From contig NMRA01000364.1 in assembly GCA_002633005.1 (NCBI GenBank), positions 382,912-446,911 on the forward strand: a DNA stretch of 64,000 nucleotides, read 5' to 3'. Under the pieces are notes generated by a model, which searched no databases, was not told the DNA's origin, and saw nothing but the letters and a program-made list of their open reading frames with translations. The position numbers and the translations under genes were made by a program. Positions 13,897 to 24,178 of the stretch are shown here, piece by piece. Each line of letters begins with the position of its first letter. The first letter of the stretch is position 1. The stretch comes from Phoronis australis. Lineage: Eukaryota > Animalia > Phoronida.

Positions 13897-15872
13897 TTAC
13901 TGAATTGGAGTGGTTTAGATATTTCAGTAACCTGTATGATATTAACAGAACAGAAGGTCGCCGTGAAACTTTTGATGACCTAGTTAGACAAACTCTTGAT
14001 GAGCATGACGCACAGTGTGAGCGTTGTAAGCACCCACAGAGTGAGCGTGATGTAACCACTGCCCTTGACATGGATGAACTAAATGCCGGTATTAGCGCAG
14101 ATGAAATAGTAAAGGCCATTAAGAAACAAAAGAATAATAAATCTCCCGGAGAAGATGGCATACCGGCTGAATTCTATAAGTGCTTCCCTGAGGCCCTAGT
14201 AGAACTTCTCCACAAACTTTTTAATAGAATTTTCAATACCGGGCATTATCCATCCCGATGGTCAAAAAATATTATTGTGCCGTGTTACAAAAAGGGAGAC
14301 AAATTTAATCAAAATAATTACAGAGGGATCTCCGTTATAGATAGTATTTATAAAATTTTTACAACTATTCTTTATTCTCGTATAATTGAATGGTCGAATA
14401 ACACGAAATGTATCCCGGAGGAACGAGCAGGCTTTAGGACTGGGTACTCTACAATCGATAACATTTTTAACCTACAGTGTATCATCCAGAAGCATGTCAC
14501 TAAATGGAAGGGAAAAGTACATAGTGCATTCGTTGATTTTAGTAAGGCATTTGATAGTGTAGATATTTCCCGTTTATTTTATGCCCTTTTAACCAAAGGT
14601 TTGCATGGAAGAATATTTAACATTTTACGCAGTATGTACGACTCTATACAATCGTGTGTTATGGTACAGTCTCAGACCACACCATATTTCAACTGTACAG
14701 TTGGTGTCCGGCAAGGATGTGTTTTAATTCCCTGGCTGTCTCGGTGTTTGTTAGCACACTAGTGTCTGATATTAGAGAAAATGTAGGCAGAGTAATACGT
14801 GTCTCTCCGGGTTGTGATATAGTCTCTCTGTTTTTTTTTGCTGATGACTTTAGTGCTGGGGTCGAATACTGTTGCTGGGCTACAGATGAAGCTCAATATC
14901 CTCGAAAAGTTTTTTCGAAACTGGAACTTGCAAGTTAATTTGGAGAAAACAAATGTTGTGGTATTTAAGCGAGGGGGCATACTTTCAAATAATGAAACGT
15001 GGGTTTTTGACGATAAGAAAGTAGATACCAAATCGTACTACAAGTACCTAGGAGTCACATTCTCCTGCAGACTTAAATGGACAGAGTGTTGTAGAGTACT
15101 TGCAAGCCAAGCTCGAAAAGCAATGAACGTTATTAAAGCCACTCTGTCAAAACTTAACTGTATTTCCCATGGAATGCATTTTAAACTCTTTGACTCTATG
15201 ATAATGCCCATATTAAAATATGGTGCAGAAATATGGGGAACATCAATGTGTGAATCTATTGAAAAAGTTCATAATGATTTCTGTAAATATGTTCTGAGAT
15301 TGAGTATTAAAACGCCTAATGCTATGGTTCGTGGTGAATGTGGACAATTTTGTTAATTACAAAATATATGTGTAAACCAATTGTCTATTGGACAAAATTA
15401 CTGGATATGGAAGAACATAGGTACCCACTGAAGTGTTATAGTATGCTTAGGGAACAAGGTGAAAAATGGTAAATATAACTGGGCTCACCGTTTCAAAGAA
15501 TTTTTGTACAGGTACGGTTATGGAGATGTGTGGTTATTTGGCCCATGTAATAGTGCTGAATTTATTATGGTATTCAAACAGAGATTACTGGATTGTGGCG
15601 TGCAGGAATGGCAACTGGAAAGAGGTAGCTCAAATAAATATGAATTTTACAGTCTTATTAAACGTGATCTTGTTAGCGAGCAATATGTGAATTGTTTAAG
15701 CGCTTATTCGAGAGGAATACTTGCGCAATTTCGGTGTTCAGGTCACTCACTTAATATAGAGAAAGGGAGACATATGGGTATTCATAGAGGTGAGAGAATA
15801 TGCGGCATATGCTGTCTGGGTGAAATTGAAGATGAGCCTCATTTTTACTCAAGTCGTTCATCTCGAATCTAG
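13176..15872 (+). mobile_element. 5'-truncated, frameshifted non-LTR retrotransposon (LINE) ORF2: endonuclease C-terminal remnant, reverse transcriptase, C-terminal Cys/His motif
   Basis: STIDYFL (APE end), KSPGEDGIPAEF, NYRGIS, FVDFSKAFDSV, GVRQGC, (F)ADD after a poly-T frameshift, YKYLG, and ERICGICCLGEIEDEPHF. It is split over the ORFs at 13176, 14654, 14838 and 15459, so this copy is probably inactive. Confidence 0.92.
13855..13896 (+). repeat. (AAT)n microsatellite in frame within the LINE ORF (poly-Asn)
   Basis: About 14 perfect AAT units, translated as the poly-N run of ORF 13176..14762. Confidence 0.95.
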
Positions 15873-16485
15873 GTGTCATCAAATGCGAACATGGATTATA
15901 ATTTCATGAACTTGCATAAACCATCGAGCGCACGATGATAGACACTTAACTTGTTCATTCCAAAGTGGAATGGAAAATGCCAAAAATAATCTCAAGCTCG
16001 ATTTGGAGTAGAAAAATTGGATCTCGGCGCCATAACATTTCATTAAGACCACTTACCATTATAGGAATGTTTAGCTTGACGTCATTATGACGCTTTGGAC
16101 CCAGTGTGACAGCATGTTTATTCTTATTTCCGGGTCCACTACGTCATCTACTGTCATGAAACGTCATCACTAAACATCCGCATACAACTGGTCCCAATAT
16201 GTTCCATACTCATATTAGCAACTAATTCTGGGCTTTGGGAGAACTGATAACTCGTTGTTGCTCGAGACCATAATCGACGAACAAAATGACTCTCCGCGAC
16301 AGGTCAACTTGCCCAGTCATCCTGACAAAAGCGATCAGTACCTTCCCCTCAAGTTTAGACTCCAGTTCTAGGCTGTGTGAAGAGCATAATCAAAACCAGA
16401 GATAAGGGGCAGGAATTGAAAGTATTTTTTGGGAAACTGGGTTTATGTTGCACCTTTAAGGTAACTAGCCTACCTTTTTCCTAAA

Positions 16486-19400
16486 TTATTTCTTTTCAGA
16501 AAGGGGTAGAAATAGGTTCTGATCAATGTAGTACGATGATTGATTTTCTGTGTTCCCTGATTCCGGCAACAAAGTGCTTTGATCTTCCTGTGCGTTATGG
16601 TCAAAGTTATCGGTTGATTCAGGAGAATTTGATGTTGTTGGCGAATCCAACAGGTTGGTATGCTCCTCTGGCGTCACTCGACTACCGTGGTAGTCAGACC
16701 GTGTGCCGTTCTGGGCTTCCAATCCAGAGAAAGGTTTGTCCGGCTCTTCCACAGTCCCATCAGCGGCAACAGGGTCACACAGTTGTTCGTTGTCAGTTAG
16801 CTCAGGAAGCTTTACTTCGTTAACAACCAAATTCTTGTCGTCTGAAACGAAGGACTCGGTGTTTTAGTTTTCTCAGTGGATTCAGTAACGTAATTTACAA
16901 ACTGGGCGTTAGGTTATAATGAAGATGCTTATCTTTGTTAATACGAATGACAATCAATTTGTGTCATTTATGTAACTATATATTGGAATTTGACACCATG
17001 CAGCTCTTTGAACAGCAAGCAGTCGCCACGTGCACTATCAAGCCGTGTCTAATGGTCACCGAAATACTATTGCGCGTGACGCAGTATCGAAGTTGTTCGA
17101 CCCTGTTGAAAATTTACTCACCGTCTGCACGGACAGCATGATTGTTGATATCGTTACCAGGGAGGACAGGATTTTGTAATCGAGTGGCTTGCGGAGTTAA
17201 AGACGACGGCTCCATATGACTTTTCAGACTTGTCAAGGAATCTTCGCTTCGTCTTCTCTTTCTATTTCGTTCACCTAGAAGACAATAAAAGTTGGGTTCT
17301 AGTTCCTTGAAACGGACAATCAGAACTTTCTACTGAACTAAACAACTTACAACAAACTGCATAAAATTATCTTACATAGGTACCATGCCCACGCTTAGTT
17401 CTTTCTTTTTGCACTCCAAATAGTTTTATAATTTAATTTCATTTTCATTCTTTCTTTTTTCATCTGAGTATATTATAAGATTAAACAGCGAAAATGCATC
17501 ATCATCATCGTCGTCGTCGTCGTCGTCGTCCTCATCATCATCCTCAGTTGTTTCCATTAGTGAGAGCCCAATTCCTTGAAAATGACTTGATGCTGACACG
17601 ATTATTAGGCCGGAAAACGTGCGTATTTAAGGTTTGGCATTGCTTCACGAATAAAAAATAATTACAGAAAAAGAACCGATGGAGTGTTCAAAACAACTTA
17701 CCCTTCTCTTTTCTGTCTTTACAACAAAGTACGCAGTTGATGATTAGGCTAATAAGGAATAAACTACCGAAGGACGCCGCAACAGCCCACGGATAGTTTT
17801 GTGCTTGTGGCGCACCAGGTGGCGGACGAATAGTTGTCGGCCACATGCCTGTGTAACAAGACAATGTGGTTTGTATCAAATCAAACGTTAACATAAGCAA
17901 CATTCGAGACATCACATGATCTTGCGCTGTCACAAATCAAAGTGCCAATTCTTTTTAGCACCTGGCCAGTGAAGTTCGACAAACCTTCCTTTCTTTCTGC
18001 ATGACGTCGATTTCTATAAACTATAAATTCCCTTCTTAAACACTTCAGTCAAAACCTGAGTTCAATGCAGCGCATAATGTCAAGTTAACTCGTTTAAGTC
18101 ATTAACTTCAGGGTGTTCCATCGAACATTAAAGTGGAACACACAGGGTAAACGAAATAGAGGCAGACCACGAATGACCTGGAGACGTTGCATCACCGATG
18201 ACATGGAGAGGTTAGGATACTCATGGAGACAGCTAGAAGGAATCGCCCAGAACAGAACAAAATGTAAATCTCTGATTCGTGACTTTTTCCCTGGTAGGGG
18301 TGACGGGCATTGATTGATTGTTCCATCGAAACAGGAAACCCGGAGTGCGTTCAGTAACGCTAGGACCTACGCTAGGACCTAGCTAAAATCTAGCCAAAGT
18401 CACGTGATCTCATTTAAAATACACGACAATGCCTCACGTAAATTCACGAAATCTTGCTTTTTAGCGAGGTCCTGGCGTTACTGAACGGGAGGCCGGTGTG
18501 AAACAGATATCCCGGACTCGAAAACAAATTCCCGCACCTTCAAAACAGCTAACCAGTTCAAAAACAGGAACCTGACCCCGGCCTTTAAAACAGGAACCCC
18601 GCCGGATCGGACAGGAAACTAGAATAATTTTTCAAATTTTCTGAGACCACGTAACTTATATTACATTGATTTTGTTATTAGATTTTTATCGGTAAAACTC
18701 GTGCAACGTGTCTGTGGGCGAATTTCAACATAATCTGTGCTCTCAACACGTTATCTCGGTAAACATTTAGTTAAGTTCAGATTACCGGTACTCAATAGTT
18801 TCTCCCTAAGTATTTTCAAAACTGAAAACCAAATATTTAGACGTTCGAGTGCTATTGTTAATTAACTTGTTGTGACATGTACGTAACCTCGTTGAAGAAA
18901 ACAGTTGATTGAAGAATTGGTGACCCAATTTTATGGGCCTAAAAGCCGACGCAAAAGATCGCATCGCAACTTTAGCAGCAGAATAACATAGAATGCCCAT
19001 TCGTCACTACTTGCCTGAAATTAAAGGGTACTCTTTTACCGGAGTCTGCTTTCGACTCTGGGATATCTGTTTTACATCGGGGTTCCTATTTCGATGGAAC
19101 ACCATGAATTTAACATTGTAAAATCTGTCTGAAAGATAACCAATGACTTATTTCCTGTGATGAAAAACTTTGAAAAAAGCTGCAGATTTCATTACATTTC
19201 TTCGCCGAGCCCTATGGACACCCGCATTTTAAGATTCTCAAATAAAAATCTGCAAACGTGTCACTAAATAGTCCGATAAGTTACATTCCTTGAAACATTT
19301 TCATTAGGTTTTAAAACAGCATCAGCTGCTTGGGATAAATTTAAACGGGATTGGTTTTGCGTCAAACTTCTTTTATCACTTGTTTAACTGAAAATAAACA

Positions 19401-19623
19401 TAACGCGTATCTAGCCAAAATCGAATTAATAAAAATTTATGTAATCCTACTTACTCTGACACGTGTCGTGCTTCACACACTTGTCTAGTCTGCTTTTAAT
19501 GGTCGTTTGGCAAATTTCGCTGCACGGCCTACAAACTTGTAAACCGATGTCGTAGTAAGTCCGCGACGGACAATTCTTGCCTTCCATTGAGTTCACTTCC
19601 GAATTGAATTTTCTAATTTTCAT
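16486..19623 (-). CDS. Receptor gene B: single-CRD TNFR-like protein without signal peptide (type III-like), 274 aa; exons 19623-19455, 17848-17702, 17274-17122, 16841-16486
   Basis: Three phase-1 GT-AG introns give an 825-nt ORF. CRD CPSRTYYDIGLQVCRPCSEICQTTIKSRLDKCVKHDTC; TM PWAVAASFGSLFLISLIINCVLCC; basic juxtamembrane KDRKEKGGERNRKRRR. The tail GLEAQNGTRSDYHGSRVTPEEHTNLLDSP aligns with gene A GVPAQNHERSTYQGNDVTQEEHTVLLDLP. Confidence 0.85.
17497..17543 (+). repeat. Compound (CAT)n(CGT)n trinucleotide microsatellite in intron 2 of gene B
   Basis: catcatcatcatcgtcgtcgtcgtcgtcgtcgtcctcatcatcatc. Confidence 0.9.
18126..18318 (+). mobile_element. 5'-truncated RTE-clade LINE 3' end with 12-bp TSD
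   Basis: Translates LKWNTQGKRNRGRPRMTWRR..LGYSWRQLEGIAQNRTK, typical of RTE C-termini. It ends in a (tgat)n tail and is flanked by tgttccatcgaa at 18114-18125 and 18319-18330. Confidence 0.8.
18340..18496. mobile_element. Small MITE nested in the larger TIR element
   Basis: Inverted ends ccgg..cgttcagtaacgctaggacct and aggtcctggcgttactgaacg..ccgg. Confidence 0.7.
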
Positions 19624-19704
19624 CGTATATTGATGCACACTGAGATTCAGTTCCCACTAGGATACTATAACGTGAACTAAAGTGTGAATTATCCGTCCTC
19701 TGCA

Positions 19705-19774
19705 TTTTATATAAAATGATGACGACTGTGGTTTTTTGGAAATACCAACTAGTTGGCTAACGCGGGGGATTTCC
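19705..19774 (-). promoter_or_regulatory. Putative promoter of receptor gene B: TATA box and consensus kB site
   Basis: TATAAAA on the minus strand at 19705-19711, about 80 nt upstream of the ATG. GGGGATTTCC at 19765-19774 fits GGGRNWYYCC. Confidence 0.6.
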
Positions 19775-22700
19775 AATAAAAAACCCCAGAGTGTGCTTAT
19801 TGACGCAAGTCGACTAAAGCGACGTCTTTCGTGAAAACGATGCTCGGATCGAGAGAAGTATTTCGTGTTCAGTTTGAAAGTAAATAACGGTTATTTTTTA
19901 AGCTGCCTTACAAATTTTATGACAATTCAAAAGACTTTTAATTCTTATTTAGTATATTCAAGTTTGTGAGACACCATTTTCATAGTCAAACACTTTCTAC
20001 GCTGCCCCCATTTGGTCTAGTCAATGTGTCCGATTTGTCGAAAGATTATATGTAGAAATATTTTGGCCCTATTGACCAGAACACCGGAATGGTTTCCGAA
20101 ACCATCTCTTTTTACAAACATTCTGCCAATACTTTGTGTACTACGATTATTTGCTACAAATTCCACGGTCATGTTTATATCCAGCTTCATTCACAGTTGA
20201 CCTGAATACGTACGTGGTAATTTCCCACGGTTATTTTTAAACAACTACATGAATGACAAAGGAGGAATTCATTCATGTTCACAACAGTTGGAGCTGAGTG
20301 GCACAAATAAAAGGAGAAAAGCCTCTACAGATACTTTCATGGAATTGCCTGGTATTTAAATCTATTTTGATGTCATTAGCGCACATTAGTACAAATACAG
20401 ATAATTAAAGGACAAATCATAAGCATTCACATTAAAAAAGTTATAAAAACTGTACAAAACAAACATACATACAAATACAGGTAAAGTCTACTAAATGCTG
20501 TGTTAGTGAAATTTGAGTTGAATATTACAAATGATTGCGGATACATTGTCAATAAGAAAAAGGTTTAGACATAAATTAGGTCGCTGATAACCGTAAAATA
20601 CACTATATGAAACTTGTTGATATTTGTAGAAAATGGTAGAGATTAGTTGAATTAAGGGTGTCGAAGGCATTATTAGGATCTATTCTAGCAACATGACATT
20701 TCAGAAACAACGACTTCTACTCATACATTGAGTCTTAAATAGTATGTAGAATTGTTTGTGGTCTTGGGAATAGGCCTCAACGCAGTTAATTAACTACTAT
20801 TTCTTTGTTGCTGTTTAAGTAGCTAGCGCGAAGTTATGAAAATTAGACACTAGATATCTGTTAGCACGAAGCTTAAATGAAAATCACGAGTACTAATGCT
20901 CGATTGTGTAGGTTCCGTTTTGGTTCTCATGGGACAAGACTGTGAAACTGAATAATTAATCCTTTCGATGTGTAAAAGGCGGATGTTCACAGTTTAAACT
21001 GTGCCTTTCATTACGCAGTGTCTGTATATGGAAATTTGCACTTTCGCGGAAATACCAATGAGAACATGAATGAAAATTTCTAACTAATAAATGAATCCAT
21101 TTCAGTCCGGTTGAAATCACGCCACTCAAGAATCACGTAAAAGAGTGCTATTTCATGTGGATTGGTTTTTTTTTCACACGATAGTCATACTCGCATTGAT
21201 ACGTTGGACGGATTAGAGATCTATCAATAATCTCACGTGGGCGGGAGTGCCTATTGATCAGTGCCACAATCAATGATAAGAGGTACTAAGTAGAGCGTGC
21301 TCCTTTGAATAATGTGTTTTTATTTTTCTCCAGAATGAAATATAATTTGAGGTGTTCAGGATGTCACACTCCAGTCGGTTTCATAGTAAGGGACCAGAAA
21401 ATGAAAGGGTCCTCTGATCTGACTTTGTTTTTTACTTGTGCTGCAAAGAATTCATTATCGTAAGGTGACTTTGTACGATACGTAGGCGGGTAATCTGGAG
21501 CATTAACGTGGACACACTTACGTAATAGCAGATATTTGTTTTAATTTTTAATACGCAATTTGATAGGTAACCAGAGGATTTGTATAAAGGTACTTTGTCA
21601 CATGGTCATATCTTCGAAGACATAAATTTGACCTAGCGGCCCTATTCTGAAGTTTCTGTATTTAGATAATATAGAGTCAGTATTTGTGAAAAGTAAGCTA
21701 AATGGTAGACTTTGAAGTGTATCCAGTTTACGTTTACATAGGACTCTTGAAAAATGTTCATTTGGAACATCGTATCTCGGAAATGGCTGAACAAATTCAG
21801 AAGAAATTTTCAAATACCATATGCTATGCACAGTTTTCCAAAGTGATGTTAGACATTGTTTCTAAAATACAACTCATTTGTACGAGGGACTATCAACAAT
21901 AAAGGAAAAAATAAAAAGTTGCATAATAAAGAAAACGAAACGGTAATTTAGAAAACTGTACCAAAGTTTTGAGATTTCATCTTAAACATTTATATCGAAT
22001 GAAATTTAATCATATAATTAATACCGTTGTTTGTTACCAATGTAAATTTTTTCTATAGTAAACATGGGCGGCGCACCATAAGGGGCGGGGGGGCTATAGC
22101 CCCACTTTTTTTCAGTGCTGCGCAGCCCATGGTAAATGTAGCCGCGTCCGGCTAAAGAGATAAATAAAAGAATACAGAGTTGCCGTTTGCATTACACACT
22201 CTATTCGGTGGAGCAATTCGAACAAACTTGCACCAGCAATGCAGTTACAAGAGACGTCACAAGCGATCAAAGTGATACCGCACAAGCGGTTATCTGTAAC
22301 AAAGACAGTCCAAGTCACAGACAATACTGTAGTGTGATTTCTACGATCTAAGCAAGCAACCGTAAACAACTAACAAACACCATTGATGAGAGCGCTAGAA
22401 TACAGGCCAACAAATACTAACTACACCAAGGAACACTATCTATTCTCATGGGCGGCGCGTTAGACAACAACACTCTCTAAACTCAGCTTGTTAGACAAAC
22501 ATGCGAGATTCAACTGAAACACTCGACCATTAAAGACTTTCAACAGCGTGTTCCACAGTCTGTGCTCATCAGAGAAAATACACGATTCGCTCTGCAAACT
22601 GCTAAACTCAAGAAACACCAGTCACCAAAACTTTGTAACAATACAAAGACTATTGTGTAACAATTAATAGCTGGCCGGTCAAGCTACTATTCATCTATGC

Positions 22701-23624
22701 AAATGTCACATGTAACAACAGGAATCTGGCTTACTGAAAGAAACCAAGTCACAGCGACGAAAGACTGCCACCTATATAGAAATAAACAACGTGATAATAA
22801 ATGAAACAAAATAACACAACAAGCAATGACAACAGTGATGCACGGCATCAACAGTGCTAGTTTTACCAAGAAGACCGGGTCAAATTCAAATTCTACATGC
22901 TTTCTACTTTCAAAAAAATACTTTTACTGAAATAAAATTGATAGGTTTGTTGATCATTGGCTAACTCCATATACTAGTTGATAAGGTCATACGTAACCTT
23001 AATAGTCAAGTTTATAGAATGCAAAGTACAGTACTGAGGAGAAAAACGCGTCATATTCAAATGTGCAAGGAGACTGCCTGTGAACTGATAAATACACGCT
23101 TACAAAAAGTATTTTGCTGTTAACGCTTTAAGTCGCGGAGTTAGTCGAACCGTGACTCTCCGTGAGTCATAATTTTGCCCAATATCAGAGGTAGGCTTTG
23201 TTGTCAGCCTCCTTACTCTAACTACCAGCGCTCTACTGTAAACAAGATATTGTGTCGATTCGTTGGGTTTTTCTTTAGTCATGGGCCTATCCCAGAGAGA
23301 CGGACGACACTCACCCAGTGGAGACAAAGAATCATAAGTCAAATTTCTTCGCAGCACAGTTTAATTGTAGATTTCGTAATGAAATTCTATTTCACCTCGG
23401 TTTCCCCGCGTATTGCCGCCAACGAGTTGCAACTTACTGGTTAAAGGAGAAATAGCAAGTGCCGTTTCCAACCTCATGTGTGCAAAACAGATTCCTATAC
23501 ATATTCGTTATTTCCGCGTATTGAATACTAGACTGGAATCAACTGCCCCGGCGAGGACAGCACAGGAATTCGTGACAGCTCAATCTATCGACTCGGAGGC
23601 CTTTCGATCACTGAAGCCTCAAAC

Positions 23625-23786
23625 CAGGGGCGGATCCACTGTATTTTTGAGTTAGGGGAGGGTAGGGGCAGGGTAGAGTATAGCAAGGATTTAGCCCGTC
23701 AGATTCGCACCCCCGAACTGCCGAATGGAATCTGGGAAAATTAGGGGGGTCATGGCCCCCTTGGACACCCTCTAAATCCGCCACTG
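23625..23786. mobile_element. Short MITE-like element
   Basis: Ends caggggcggatcca and taaatccgccactg, with G-rich/C-rich subterminal runs. Near-matching 5-bp flanks caaac/caaat. Confidence 0.6.
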
Positions 23787-24178
23787 CAAATCGCTGCTGT
23801 TTTTATTACTATTTTCTCTCCCGGCCCGTTGCCTAGAAGCCAGCATTTGTTACTGGAACGTAATGGATGGATTCAAATTCAGATCACAGGTTTTGCCTGA
23901 ATGACAGAAACTGAAGAAAGACTACGACTAACTTTGTGAGAGAGACATGTCGCTCACAAACACGAGCTCGAACAAGAGTGAGTGTATAGCGACGACTTTC
24001 TCAGTAGCGGTCTTTGTCAAAATATAGGGCTAGTTGTTGACTTACTATACTAAGATAAAATCTCCGAGCACACTTTTAAAAATGTGCTGCTATAGTAAGT
24101 CGCATTAAATCTCTGCCTTGTGACACCCAACATCGAGGTTATGACAGATACACACGAAAAGATAATAACATGATTGCC

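Larger units (their letters stand above)
18112..19103. mobile_element. TIR element (MITE) in intron 1 of gene B, hosting two nested insertions
   Basis: The reconstructed left end ggtgttccatcgaa-acaggaaacc matches the reverse complement of 19081-19103 (ggtgttccatcgaaataggaacc). Confidence 0.7.
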
